A stretch of DNA of 64,000 bases from an uncultured Candidatus Rokubacteria bacterium. Its GTDB lineage: Bacteria > Methylomirabilota > Methylomirabilia > Rokubacteriales > DASRDR01. The stretch covers positions 320,001-384,000 of the forward strand of contig CAVPSB010000025.1 of NCBI GenBank assembly GCA_963708025.1, written 5' to 3'. A program made the position numbers and the translations under genes. The notes beneath the pieces were generated by a model. It was not told the origin of the DNA. It ran no database searches and saw only the letters and a list, made by a program, of their open reading frames with translations. Positions within the stretch are counted from its first letter, which is position 1, and each line of letters opens with the position of its first letter. Of the stretch, positions 50,962 to 61,397 are shown piece after piece.

Positions 50962-52014
50962 ATGGCAGCGGACGCGGTTCGGGTCGGAGCGGCGGAGCTC
51001 CAGGAGTTCACCAAGCAGGTCTTCATCCGGGTCGGGACGCCGTCCGAGGACGCGGCGCTCGAGGCCGAGGTGCTGGTGTGGGCCAACCTCCGGGGCGTGG
51101 ATTCCCACGGGGTACTGCGCATCCCGTCGTACCTGGAGATGATCGACAAGGGCCTGATGAACCCGCGGCCGAAGATCCAGGTCGTGAAGGAGACGGCGGC
51201 GACCGTGCTCATCGACGCCGACCGGGCGCTGGGGCCGGTGGTCACCGTCGTCGCCATGCGGCGGGCGATCGAGAAGGCCCGCCAGGCCGGGATCGGCTGG
51301 GCGCTCATCCGGAACACGACGCACCAGGGCGCGATGGCCTACTACGCGCTGATGGCGGCCCGGGAGGGCATGGCCGGCCTCGCCATCGTCTGCAGTCCGC
51401 CCAACATGGCGCCCCACGGCGCCCGGGCGGCCGGGGTCCACAACAGCCCGATCTCGATCGCGGTGCCGGCCCGGCGCCGGCGCCCTCTCGTGCTCGACAT
51501 GGCGACAAGCGTGGCCGCCGGCGGCAAGCTCCGGCTGGCCGTCGACAAGGGCGTGGCGCTGCCGCCGGGCTGGGCGCTCGACAAGGACGGCGCCCCGACG
51601 ACCGACGCCGCGCGGGCGACGATCCTCGTCCCGTTCGGCGGCCCCAAGGGCTCGGGCCTGGCGATGATGTTCGAGACGCTGACCAGCCTCATGGTCGGCA
51701 ATCCCCTGCTGGAGCCGGCGCTGTTCGGAGAGGAGGGCGCCGCCCGCCATCGCCAGAACAGCGTGGTGGCGGCCATCGACATCGGGACGTTCACGGACGT
51801 GGACGCCTACCGGGATCACGTCGACCGGCTCGTCGACGGCCTCAAGGCCCTGCCGAGGGCCGAGGGCGTGGGGGAGATCCTGGTCCCGGGCGAGCCCGAG
51901 GACCGGAGCGCCGAGGAGCGCGGCCGGGACGGCGTGCCGCTTCCCGCGGGCACCATCCAGAATCTCCGCACGGTCGCCGAGAAGCTCGGCATGCCGATGC
52001 TCCCCAACCTCTAG
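50962..52014 (+). CDS. Ldh_2 family oxidoreductase
   Basis: GVDSHG, LDMATS, KGSGL, VPGEPE. Confidence 0.9.
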   Translation: MAADAVRVGAAELQEFTKQVFIRVGTPSEDAALEAEVLVWANLRGVDSHGVLRIPSYLEMIDKGLMNPRPKIQVVKETAATVLIDADRALGPVVTVVAMRRAIEKARQAGIGWALIRNTTHQGAMAYYALMAAREGMAGLAIVCSPPNMAPHGARAAGVHNSPISIAVPARRRRPLVLDMATSVAAGGKLRLAVDKGVALPPGWALDKDGAPTTDAARATILVPFGGPKGSGLAMMFETLTSLMVGNPLLEPALFGEEGAARHRQNSVVAAIDIGTFTDVDAYRDHVDRLVDGLKALPRAEGVGEILVPGEPEDRSAEERGRDGVPLPAGTIQNLRTVAEKLGMPMLPNL

Positions 52015-52044
52015 GGGGCGGGGCCGATGAGCGTCGCATCGCGT

Positions 52045-52151
52045 CGTCGTTCGGACGGCCTTCGGCCTCTGGGGTCGTCGCCGATCCTCGGCGTACTCGG
52101 AGTACGCCTGCGGTCGGCGACTCCCTGCGTCGTTCGGACGGCCTTCGGCCT
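52045..52151. repeat. REP-like palindrome flanked by 24-bp direct repeats
   Basis: CGTCGTTCGGACGGCCTTCGGCCT at 52045 and 52128; central GTCGCCGA..GGCGTACT-CGG-AGTACGCC..TCGGCGAC hairpin. Confidence 0.75.
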
Positions 52152-52245
52152 GTGGGCGCTGCTCGCTCCTCGGCCCCGCCCCCGAGGGCTCGACTGATCC
52201 GCCGTGGCGCTGGTGGCTCGAGGAGCTCAAAAGAAGGAGGCCGAC

Positions 52246-53553
52246 ATGATTGATCAGCGGCTCATCACTCGACGGACGATCCTGAAGACCGCCGCCGGCG
52301 CCGCGGCCGTGGGCGGCGCCGGCCGGCTGAGCGACATGCTCGCCCACGCCCAGGCGCCGGCGTACCCGAAGGGCACGCGGCTCCACCTGCTCCAGTGGTC
52401 CCACTACGTGCAGGCGGCCGACGTCCTCTTCGACAAGCAGACGGCGGAGTTCGCCAAGCAGGCCGGCGTCGAGATCCAGATCGAGCGGATCAACCAGAAC
52501 GACATCCAGTCGCGGGTCACGGCGGCCGTCCAGAGCGGGAGCGGCGCCGACATCATCATCATCGCCAACAACCACCCCCACCTCTACGAGAGCTCGCTGG
52601 TCAACGTGAGCGACGTGGCCGAGGCGGTCGGCGGGCAGCAGGGCGGCTGGTACGACTACGCCCGGGTCAACGCCTTCACCGGCGGGCACTGGATCGGGGT
52701 ACCCCAGTTCATCATCTCGTGGGCGATCACCTACCGCGAAGACTGGTTCCGGGAGGAAGGGCTGAAGTACCCCGAGACGTGGGACGAGTTCCGGGCGGCC
52801 GGCCGGAAGCTCAAGGCCAAGGGGAAGCCCTTCGGCCAGGCGTTCGGCCACAGCATCAACGATCCCAACAACTGGTGCTATCCGCTGGTGTGGATGTGGG
52901 GCGGGATGGAGGTCAACAAGGACGGGAAGACGGTCGTGGTCGACAGCAAGGCCACCGTCGAGGCCGTGAAGTTCAACAACGCCCTCTGGAAGGAAGTCTT
53001 CGACGAGGGCGGCCTGGCCTGGGACGACTCGAACAACAACCGCTCGTTCCTGTCGTCGGACATCTCGCTGACCGGCAACGCTCCCAGCATCTACGTCGCG
53101 GCCCGCAAGCAGGCCCCCGACGTCTACAAGGGGACTAGCCACGGCCATTTCCCCAAGGGACCGGCCGGCCGGTTCTACTGGCTGCCGGCGTGGACGAGCT
53201 GCGTGATGAAGTACTCGAAGAACCAGAAGCTCGCCAAGGAGTACATCCGCTACTACATGGACAAGGCGCAGTACGAGAGGTACTTCGAGACGATGGACAC
53301 GTTCGGCATCCCGGGCACCAAGGTGTGGTACGAGCACCCGCTGTGGCTCCGGGACGCGAAGACGACCGTCTTCCGGGAGACGCTCCAGAGCGCCCGGCAG
53401 GTCGGCTATGCCGGCCCGCCCGGCCGGAAGGCGACCGAGGCGCTGTCCAAGTACGTCATCGTCAACATGTTCGCGAAGTCGATCCAGGGGATGGCGCCCG
53501 AGGAGGCCGTGAAGTGGGCGGCCGGGGAGCTGAAGAAAATCTACAGCGTTTGA
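52246..53553 (+). CDS. Extracellular solute-binding protein (family 1), Tat signal
   Basis: TRRTIL motif, YRED, PETWDE. Confidence 0.85.
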   Translation: MIDQRLITRRTILKTAAGAAAVGGAGRLSDMLAHAQAPAYPKGTRLHLLQWSHYVQAADVLFDKQTAEFAKQAGVEIQIERINQNDIQSRVTAAVQSGSGADIIIIANNHPHLYESSLVNVSDVAEAVGGQQGGWYDYARVNAFTGGHWIGVPQFIISWAITYREDWFREEGLKYPETWDEFRAAGRKLKAKGKPFGQAFGHSINDPNNWCYPLVWMWGGMEVNKDGKTVVVDSKATVEAVKFNNALWKEVFDEGGLAWDDSNNNRSFLSSDISLTGNAPSIYVAARKQAPDVYKGTSHGHFPKGPAGRFYWLPAWTSCVMKYSKNQKLAKEYIRYYMDKAQYERYFETMDTFGIPGTKVWYEHPLWLRDAKTTVFRETLQSARQVGYAGPPGRKATEALSKYVIVNMFAKSIQGMAPEEAVKWAAGELKKIYSV

Positions 53554-53634
53554 GCGGTCATCGCCCGAGGGCTTGACCGCGTGTCGGCGGCCGTGTTCTG
53601 TTCAGAGCGCTCGGACACGCGAAAGGAGGGCCTC

Positions 53635-54441
53635 ATGCCCGGTCTCACCCGTCGTACCCTGCTCGTCGCCTGTGCGGTGCTGGTCGTGGGCGCTGGGGCC
53701 CGCCCCGCGCCGTCCATCGAGGCGGGCCGTCAGCTGGCCCAGGCCGCCGGCACCACGCCCGCCTCGGCGGAGCTCGTCGCCCAGGGGAAGGCCCTGTTCA
53801 ACGACGTGAAACTGTCCGGGGACGGCAAGTGGTCGTGCGCCAGCTGTCACCCCAACAACGCCGACACCGACAACAAGACCTATGTCGGCGTCACCGTCGT
53901 CAAGGACGGGGATCCCCAGGGCCGGAGCACCCCCACCATGTGGGGGGTGACCACGCGCGCGGCGTTCTCGTGGGCGGGAACGGCACCCAGCCTGGAGGCG
54001 AACATCCGCGGGATCATCGTGAACCGGATGAAGGGTGCGGAGCCGTCGAAGGAGACGCTGGCCGCCCTCGTCGCCTACCTGGGTTCGCTCTCGTATCCGC
54101 CCAACCCCAACCTGAACGCGGACGGGACGCCGTCGGCCAGCGCGCCGGCCGCGGCCAAGCGCGGCTACGCGCTGTTCATGGGCCGGGCCGGCTGCAACAC
54201 GTGTCATCAGCCGCCGGCCTACGACAAGAAGGACGTCGAGGACGTCGAGTCCGGGGGCAAGTTCAAGGCGCCGGCGCTCCGCGTCATCTCGCGGACCGGG
54301 CCGTACTTCCACGACGGGCGCTTCGCGACCCTCGAGGAGGCCGTCAAGTTCATGTGGGAGTACGTCAAGAAGGCGGGGACCACCGAGAACCTGACGGACG
54401 CCGAGCTGAAGGACGTGGTGGAGTTCCTGAAGATCCTGTAA
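53635..54441 (+). CDS. Di-haem cytochrome c, CCP/MauG-like
   Basis: LF.D..LS.DG..SCASCH, CNTCH, FKAP.LR, PYFHDG..TL. Confidence 0.85.
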   Translation: MPGLTRRTLLVACAVLVVGAGARPAPSIEAGRQLAQAAGTTPASAELVAQGKALFNDVKLSGDGKWSCASCHPNNADTDNKTYVGVTVVKDGDPQGRSTPTMWGVTTRAAFSWAGTAPSLEANIRGIIVNRMKGAEPSKETLAALVAYLGSLSYPPNPNLNADGTPSASAPAAAKRGYALFMGRAGCNTCHQPPAYDKKDVEDVESGGKFKAPALRVISRTGPYFHDGRFATLEEAVKFMWEYVKKAGTTENLTDAELKDVVEFLKIL

Positions 54442-54475
54442 TGGCGCGCGCCAGGATGCGCCCGCTGGTGGCGCC

Positions 54476-54799
54476 GTGAGCGGCGACGGCGAGATCACGC
54501 CGGAGGCGTTGAAGGCCCGCCTCGACGCCGGCGACGCGCCGGCCATCCTGGATGTCCGCGAGGCCTGGGAGCACGCGATCGGCGCGCTCCCAGGCGCGCG
54601 GCTCATCCCGATCGAGGAGCTGCCCTTCCGGGCGGACGAGCTGGATCCGGCGCGGGAGACCGTGGTCTACTGCCACCACGGCGTCCGCTCGGCCGCCGCC
54701 GCCGAGTGGCTGCGTCAGCTCGGGTTCCCCGCCGTGAACCTTCGCGGCGGCATCGACGCCTGGACCCTCGCCGTCGATCCATCCCTTCGCCGCTACTGA
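54476..54799 (+). CDS. Rhodanese-domain protein
   Basis: LDVRE, YCHHGVRS, GGIDAW. Confidence 0.9.
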   Translation: MSGDGEITPEALKARLDAGDAPAILDVREAWEHAIGALPGARLIPIEELPFRADELDPARETVVYCHHGVRSAAAAEWLRQLGFPAVNLRGGIDAWTLAVDPSLRRY

Positions 54800-54818
54800 G
54801 AACATCGGGGGTCTCGGC

Positions 54819-54953
54819 TTCAACCTCCAGCCGGTCGTGGGCGCGCTCCTCGGCGTGTGGCTCCTCCACGAGCCGCTGACTCCGTTCACGGTGGCCGGCG
54901 GTGCCCTCATCGTCGGTGGGCTCTGGCTCACCGTGACCGCCCGGGCCCGATGA
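54819..54953 (+). pseudogene. C-terminal remnant of a DMT/EamA transporter
   Basis: FNLQPVVGALLGVWLLHEPLT...GGALIVGGL with no start codon. Confidence 0.7.
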
Positions 54954-55005
54954 CGTATACTCCGGCCGAAATGAGTCCTTCGGGGGGGCCTCGCGGGCGA
55001 GGGAG

Positions 55006-55776
55006 GTGTCGCTGATTTCTTCACCGGAACTGAGCTTGGAGCGGGCGGGTGGGGTGGCCCGCGTCACGCTGGCCCGCCCGCCGCTCAACATCCTCACGCC
55101 CGGGCTCATCGCCGAGCTGGGTGCCGCCTTTCGCGAGTTGGCCGGTGACGGGGACCTCCGCGTGGCCGTGCTCGGCGCCTCCGGCCGCGCCTTCTCCGCC
55201 GGCGTGGAAGTCCAGGCGATGCGCGACCTCGACCCGACGCGCGCCCGGGCGCTCATCGCGGCCCTCCACGACACTATCCGGGCGGTCCGCGAGCTGACGG
55301 TCCCGGTGCTGGCGCGGCTCCACGGCCACGTCCTCGGCGGCGCGCTGGAGCTGGTGCTCGCCTGTGACCTCCGGGTGGCGGCGGTCTCGTGCCGGCTCGG
55401 CATGCCCGAGATCCGGGTGGGGATCCCCTCGGTGATCGAGGCGGCGCTCATGCCAGGGCTGATCGGCTGGGGGCGCGCCGCCGAGCTCCTGCTGACCGGC
55501 GAGACCATCGACGCGGTGGAGGCCGAGCGCTGGGGGCTGGTCAACCGGGCGGTCCCCGACGAGGCGCTGGACCGGGAGGTCGAGACCTGGGTGGGCCGGC
55601 TCCTGGCGCTGCCCCCGCACGCCTTGCGGCTCCAGAAGGGCCTGCTCGCGCGCTGGCGGCAGGTCGACCTCGAGTCCGCGATCGCCCTCTCGATGGACGC
55701 CTTCGCGATGGCCTACACCACCGACGAGCCGCGGCGCGCCATGCAGCGGTTCCTCGACCGCCGCCGCCCGGGGTAG
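55006..55776 (+). CDS. Enoyl-CoA hydratase/isomerase
   Basis: AFSAG, GGALEL..ACDLR, MPE..VG. Confidence 0.9.
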   Translation: MSLISSPELSLERAGGVARVTLARPPLNILTPGLIAELGAAFRELAGDGDLRVAVLGASGRAFSAGVEVQAMRDLDPTRARALIAALHDTIRAVRELTVPVLARLHGHVLGGALELVLACDLRVAAVSCRLGMPEIRVGIPSVIEAALMPGLIGWGRAAELLLTGETIDAVEAERWGLVNRAVPDEALDREVETWVGRLLALPPHALRLQKGLLARWRQVDLESAIALSMDAFAMAYTTDEPRRAMQRFLDRRRPG

Positions 55777-55788
55777 CATCGACCGGCC

Positions 55789-56925
55789 ATGCACTTCGAC
55801 CTGACCGAGCCCCAGCGGCTCATCCGGGACCTGGCGCGCGACTTCGCCGAGCGCGAGGTGATGCCGCGGGCCGCCGAGATCGACCGCACCGACGAGTTCC
55901 CGTGGGACCTCTACAAGCGGATGGCCGCCCTGGAGATCCTCGGCATGACGGTGCCGCCCGAGTACGGCGGCTCGGGCGCCGACACCGTCAGCTGGTGCGT
56001 GGTCCAGGAGGAGCTGGCGCGACGCTCGGCCGTGGTGGCCAACACCCAGCTTCTCTGCAAGCTGATGAGCGACATGATCCTCCGGAACGGCACCGAGGCG
56101 CAGCGGCGGCGCTACCTGCCGGCGATGGTCCGCGGCGAGACGATCTGCGTCATCGCCCAGACCGAGCCGGGCGCCGGCTCCGACGTCGCCGGGATCCAGA
56201 CCACCGCCACCCCCACCGCCGACGGCTACGTGCTGAACGGGACGAAGCGCTTCATCACCGCGGCGGGGGTCTGCGAGCTGGCGGTGGTGGTGGCGACGAC
56301 CGACCGGAAGCGCGGGCGGGAAGGGATCACGCTGTTCCTGGTGGAGATGGGGACGCCGGGTTTCACGCGCGGGAGCAAGGAGCGCCTGCTGGGCGCCCAC
56401 GGGCTGGCCACGGGCGAGCTGATCTTCCAGGACTGCCGGGTCCCGCGCTCGTCCGTGCTCGGGGCCGAAGGCGAGGGGTTCAAGCGGGCGATGATCTCCC
56501 TCGACACCGGGCGGATCGGGATCGGCGCCCAGGCGCTCGGGATCGCCCAGGCGGCGATGGAGGCGGCGCTCGCGTACGCGAAGCAGCGGCCGGCCTTCGG
56601 CCAGCCGATCGCCGGCTTCCAGGCCGTCCAGCTCATGCTGGCCGACATGTCCACCCGGATCGAGTCGAGCCGTCTCCTGCTGCGGCGGGCGGCCTGGCTG
56701 AAGGACCAGGGGCGGCCGATCATCCGGGAGGCGGCCGAGGCGAAGCTCGTCGCGTCCGAGACGGCGGCCCGGGCGACCGACGACGCCCTCCAGATCCACG
56801 GCGCCTACGGCTACTCGACCGAGTTCCCGGTGGAGCGCCTGTACCGCGACGCCCGCGTGTACCGGATCTGCGAAGGGACGAGCGAGATCCAGCGACTGGT
56901 CATCGCCCGTCAGCTCCTGAAATGA
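55789..56925 (+). CDS. Acyl-CoA dehydrogenase
   Basis: TEPGAGSD, NGTKRFIT, R.AFG, QIHGAYGY, ICEGTSEIQ. Confidence 0.95.
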   Translation: MHFDLTEPQRLIRDLARDFAEREVMPRAAEIDRTDEFPWDLYKRMAALEILGMTVPPEYGGSGADTVSWCVVQEELARRSAVVANTQLLCKLMSDMILRNGTEAQRRRYLPAMVRGETICVIAQTEPGAGSDVAGIQTTATPTADGYVLNGTKRFITAAGVCELAVVVATTDRKRGREGITLFLVEMGTPGFTRGSKERLLGAHGLATGELIFQDCRVPRSSVLGAEGEGFKRAMISLDTGRIGIGAQALGIAQAAMEAALAYAKQRPAFGQPIAGFQAVQLMLADMSTRIESSRLLLRRAAWLKDQGRPIIREAAEAKLVASETAARATDDALQIHGAYGYSTEFPVERLYRDARVYRICEGTSEIQRLVIARQLLK

Positions 56926-56983
56926 GACACCGTGTGTCAACCCTCTCGCTCCGCCGACCGAGTATCCCATCGGGACAGCGGGG

Positions 56984-57057
56984 CGCCCCCCCTCCCCCCG
57001 GCCAAAGGCCGGAGGCCGTTGAACCGGTGGGGAGGGGTCGGGGGTGGGGGGGGACTC
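56984..57057 (+). repeat. G/C-tract dispersed repeat with GGCC-hairpin module
   Basis: CCCCCCTCCCCCC-GGCCAAAGGCCGGAGGCCGTTGAAC-CGGTGGGGAGGGG, similar to copy at 11594. Confidence 0.75.
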
Positions 57058-57059
57058 GA

Positions 57060-58251
57060 ATGACCGCGCCGCTGGCGGTCCTGCAGGGGGTCCGCGTCCT
57101 CGGCTTCACCCAGTTCCTGCTCGGGCCGTCGGGGGTCCAGTTCCTCGCCGACCTCGGCGCCGACGTCGTGAAGATCGAGCCGCCGGGCGGGAAGCTCTGG
57201 GAGCGCAACTGGTCGGGCTGCGACCTCTACAAGAACGGGGTCAGCGTCTTCTTCATGTCGACCCACCGGAACCAGCGGAGCCTGGCCGTCAACCTCAAGC
57301 ACCCGGACGGCCAGGCCATCGCCCGGAAGCTGATCGCGGGCGCCGACGTGCTCGTCCAGAACTTCCGCCCCGGCGTCATGGACCGGCTCGGGCTCGGCTA
57401 CGAGGCGGCGGCGGCGCTCAACCCGCGGCTCATCTACGTCTCGGCCTCCGGCTACGGCGACGCCAGCCCCTACCGCGACCGGCCGGGCCAGGACCTCCTC
57501 CTCCAGGCGATGTCGGGGCTGGCCCACATCTCGGGGCGGGCGGGCCAGCCGCCGACGCCGGTCGGCACCGCGGTGGTGGACCAGCACGGCGCCACGCTGC
57601 TCGCCCTCGGCGTGCTGGCGGCGCTCCTGGAGCGGGCCCGCACCGGCCGGGGCCTCCACGTCGAGGTGAGCATGCTGCGGGCGGCCCTCGACCTGCAGCT
57701 CGAGGTCGTCACCTACTTCCTGAACGGCGCCCGCATGGAGAAGAGCCCGACCAGCCTGGCCAGCATGTTCCACCCCGGCCCGTACGGCGTGTACGAGACG
57801 AAGGACGGCCACGTCGTGCTGTCGATGTCGCCGCTGTCGGCGCTCCAGCAGGCCCTCGATTCGCCCGAGCTGGCGCCCTACGCGACGGTGCCCTACAACT
57901 TCCCCGCCCGCGAGGCGATCGCCCGGATCCTGGAGCCGATCATGCGGACGCGCACCACCGCCGACTGGGTCGAGCTCCTGGTGCCCCGGGGCGTGTGGGC
58001 CGCGCCCGTCCTCACCCACGCCGAGACGTTCGCGGACCCGGCCGTCCAGGCGGCCGACCTGGTGGACGAGGTGGAGCATCCGGTGGCGGGGCCGAGTGAA
58101 GCTCCTCCGCTTTCCCCTGGAGCTGTCGACGGGCCGGGCCACCGTCCACCGCCCGCCGCCGATGCCGGGCGAGCAGACCGACGACATCCTGCGCGAGCTG
58201 GGGTACGGGGACGAGGACATCCGGCGCCTGCGCGCGCAAGGAACGGTGTAG
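57060..58251 (+). CDS. CoA transferase family III (CaiB/BaiF); frameshift near 58095
   Basis: LADLGADVVKIE, NFRPG, SGYG, D...QAMSG, GEQTDDIL. Confidence 0.9.
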
Positions 58252-58263
58252 GGGAGGACGGAG

Positions 58264-59035
58264 ATGGATGGAGCGGGGAAGGAGCTGGGGCTGGCCGGCC
58301 GGGTGGCCTTCGTCACCGGGGGCACCCGCGGCATCGGCGAGGCGATCGTGCGCCGGTTCCTGGAGGCCGGGGCCCGGGTGGCGACGATGGCGCGCTCGGT
58401 GGACGAGTCGGCGGCGACGGACGCGCCGGGCCAGGCGCTCCTCCTGAAGGGGCGACGTGGCGGTCAAGGCCGACGTCGACCGCGTCGTGGAGCGGGTGCT
58501 CTCCCGCTTCGCCACCATCGACATCCTCGTGAACTGCGCCGGGGTCGTCGGCCGGCAGCCGGCGCTCGAGTCGACGGAGGCCGACTGGGACCGCATCCAC
58601 GGCGCCAACGCGCGGGGCGTCTTCTTCGTCTGCCAGGCCGTGGCGCCGGCGATGCGCAAGGCGGGGCGGGGGCGGATCGTCAACATCACCTCGGCCGGGG
58701 CGGTGCTGGCGCTCCAGAACCGCTCGGTCTACTGCGCGAGCAAGGCGGCCGTGCTCCAGCTCACCCGGTGCCTGGCGCTGGAGTGGGGCCCCTACGGCAT
58801 CACGGTGAACGCGGTCGGTCCCGGGATCACCGAGACCCCGATGACGCGCGGCTACCTGGAGGCGGACCCCGTCCGGCGGCAGACGATGGTCGAGAAGCTT
58901 CCCCTCCGGCGGCTGGGCCGCCCCGACGACATCGCCGGCGCCGTGCTCTTCCTGGCCTCGGACCTCGCGGGCTACGTGACGGGCCAGACGGTGTACACGG
59001 ACGGCGGCTGGGGCATCGGCGACTACGACTGGTGA
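58264..59035 (+). CDS. SDR oxidoreductase; frameshift near 58450
   Basis: TGGTRGIG, NCAG, YCASK, DGGW. Confidence 0.85.
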
Positions 59036-59053
59036 GCAGGAGGGCCGGAGGTC

Positions 59054-59479
59054 ATGACGCAGACGATGGACGCGCTGCCGATCGGCAAGGCGGTGACCGT
59101 GAGCAAGACGGTGGGGGAGACCGACGTCTACCTCTTCGCCGGCATCTCCGGCGACTTCGCGCCGATCCACGTCGACGAAGAGCTCATGAAGCGCACGAAG
59201 TACGGCCGGCGCATCGCCCACGGCGCCCTGATGATCGCCTACATGTCCCAGGCGTCCACCCGGATCTGCGCCAACGTGCCCGGGACCATCGTCTCTTACG
59301 GCTACGACCGGATCCGCTTCCCCCACCCGGTGTTCTTCGGCGACACGGTGACGGTGACCTACGAGATCGTGGAGCGCGACGTCCCGGCCGGGAAGACCTT
59401 CAGCCGCGTGACCTGCACCAACCAGCGGGGCGAGGTGGTGGCAGTGGCCACCCACATCCTCAAGGTCGTGGAGGAGTAG
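59054..59479 (+). CDS. MaoC-family dehydratase
   Basis: SGDF.PIH.D, RIAHG, F..PVF.GD. Confidence 0.9.
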   Translation: MTQTMDALPIGKAVTVSKTVGETDVYLFAGISGDFAPIHVDEELMKRTKYGRRIAHGALMIAYMSQASTRICANVPGTIVSYGYDRIRFPHPVFFGDTVTVTYEIVERDVPAGKTFSRVTCTNQRGEVVAVATHILKVVEE

Positions 59480-59487
59480 GGCCACCC

Positions 59488-60009
59488 GTGGAGATCCGGA
59501 AGCTGACCGAGGCCGACGCCGAGGCGTACCGCGCGGTCCGCCTCCGGGCCCTCCGCGAGCATCCCGACGCCTTCGGGCGGGCCTACGAGGAGGCGCAGGG
59601 CCTCGACGAGATGGCCGAGGAGCTCCGGTCGCAGCACGACGGCGTGCGCGGCTTCATCCTGGGCGCCTTCGGTGGGGAGCTGGTGGGCATCGTGGGCTGC
59701 GCGCGCGAGCGCGGCATGAAGAACGAGCACAAGGCGCTGATCTGGGGGATGTACGTCGTCCCCGAGGCGGGGGGGCGCGGGGTGGGGAGGGCCCTCCTTT
59801 CGGCAGCGCTCGAGCGGGCCCGGGGGTGGCCGGGCCTCGAGCAGCTCTGGCTGAGCGTCGGCACCAACAACCAGCGCGCCGGCGCGCTCTACCGGAGCTG
59901 TGGCTTCGAGCGGTTCGGGCTGGAGCGGCGGGCGCTGAAGCTCGGCGACCGGTACATCGACGAGGAGCACATGATGCTGTTCCTGAGAGACCGGGGCTCG
60001 CCGGCGTGA
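59488..60009 (+). CDS. GNAT N-acetyltransferase
   Basis: MYV.P...GRGVG, N..A..LY...GF. Confidence 0.85.
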   Translation: MEIRKLTEADAEAYRAVRLRALREHPDAFGRAYEEAQGLDEMAEELRSQHDGVRGFILGAFGGELVGIVGCARERGMKNEHKALIWGMYVVPEAGGRGVGRALLSAALERARGWPGLEQLWLSVGTNNQRAGALYRSCGFERFGLERRALKLGDRYIDEEHMMLFLRDRGSPA

Positions 60010-60740
60010 TCCGCCTCGTCGCGTTCGACTTCTGGCAGACCCTCCTGGCCGACACGCCAGCTAGTGGGGCGGCGGCCAACGCGCTCCGGCTCTCGGGGGT
60101 CGGCGAGGCGCTCCGTCGCGCCGGCCACTTCTACGCGCCGGCGGCCCTGGAGACGGCGGACGCCCGCGCGCTCGGCCGGCTGAACGCGATCTGGGCGGAG
60201 CACCGGGACGTCTCGCCGCCCGAGCAGGTGCGGGTCTACCTGGAGGCGCTCGATCCGGCGCTGCCCCCGGCGCTCGGCGCCGCGGACCGGGCGGCCGTGG
60301 AGGAGGCCTACGCCTCGCCGGTGCTGACCCACACCCCGGTGGTGGCCGCCGGCGCCGTGGACGCGATCCGGGCGCTGGCCGCGGCCGGTCTGACCCTGGC
60401 GATCATCTCCAACACCGGCCGGACCCCGGGGACGGTGCTCCGGCGCCTCCTCGGGGGCGCCGGCGTGCTCGACGCCTTCCGCGTCCTCTCCTTCTCCGAC
60501 GAGGTCGGGGCCCGCAAGCCGGCGGCCGCGATCTTCCGCCGCACGCTGACCGGCGCCGGCTGCGCCCCCGAGGCGGCCGTCCACGTGGGAGACGACCCCG
60601 TCAACGACGTGGCGGGCGCCCGCGCCGCCGGGATGCGGGCCGTCCACTACGTCCCGGACGGGCGCCCGGCCGTCGAGGGTGCGGACGCCGCCGCCCGGCA
60701 TTTCGACGAGCTGCCTACCCTCCTCGGCCGTCTCCGCTGA
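60006..60740 (+). CDS. HAD-family hydrolase
   Basis: FDFWQTL, ISN, KP...IF, HVGDD..ND. Confidence 0.85.
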   Translation: MIRLVAFDFWQTLLADTPASGAAANALRLSGVGEALRRAGHFYAPAALETADARALGRLNAIWAEHRDVSPPEQVRVYLEALDPALPPALGAADRAAVEEAYASPVLTHTPVVAAGAVDAIRALAAAGLTLAIISNTGRTPGTVLRRLLGGAGVLDAFRVLSFSDEVGARKPAAAIFRRTLTGAGCAPEAAVHVGDDPVNDVAGARAAGMRAVHYVPDGRPAVEGADAAARHFDELPTLLGRLR

Positions 60741-60850
60741 GCGGCCCCGCACGCCGGAAATCGCCGCCGCGGTGGCCTTTCGGGTTGCGCGGCGCGGAGG
60801 GCGCGGGCTATCATGAGGACTCACCGCGCAGCCCTTCGGGGGGAACCGGC

Positions 60851-61375
60851 ATGGACGTCTCCGAGCTGAAGGCGAAGATTCGCGACATCAAGGACTTTCC
60901 CACGGAGGGGATCCTCTTCAAGGACATCACGACGCTCCTCAAGGACGCCCGGGCCTTCCGGTACGTCCTGGACCAGCTCGCCAACGCCTACATCCAGTCG
61001 CGTGTGGAGGTCGTGGTCGCCATCGAGTCCCGGGGCTTCATCTTCGGCGGCGCCCTGGCCCACGAGCTGGGGGCGGGCTTCGTGCCGGTCCGGAAGCTCG
61101 GGAAGCTCCCGGCCAAGACGATCGAGGTCGAGTACGAGCTGGAGTACGGCCGGGACGCCCTGGCGATGCACGAGGATGCCATCAACCCGGGCCAGCGGGT
61201 GGTCGTGGTGGACGATCTCCTCGCCACCGGGGGCACCATGGCGGCCACGCTGCGCCTGGTGGAGCAGTCGGGCGGACTGGTGGTCGGGGTGGCGTTCCTG
61301 ATCGAGCTGGGGTTCCTCCACGGTCGGGCCAAGCTCGCGAACTATCCGGTCAGCTCGCTGATCGTCTACGACTGA
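60851..61375 (+). CDS. apt: Adenine phosphoribosyltransferase
   Basis: DFP..GI.FKDIT, ESRGF, Y.LEYG, VDDLLATGGT. Confidence 0.95.
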   Translation: MDVSELKAKIRDIKDFPTEGILFKDITTLLKDARAFRYVLDQLANAYIQSRVEVVVAIESRGFIFGGALAHELGAGFVPVRKLGKLPAKTIEVEYELEYGRDALAMHEDAINPGQRVVVVDDLLATGGTMAATLRLVEQSGGLVVGVAFLIELGFLHGRAKLANYPVSSLIVYD

Positions 61376-61397
61376 TCGGCAGGGCAGGAGAGGGACC

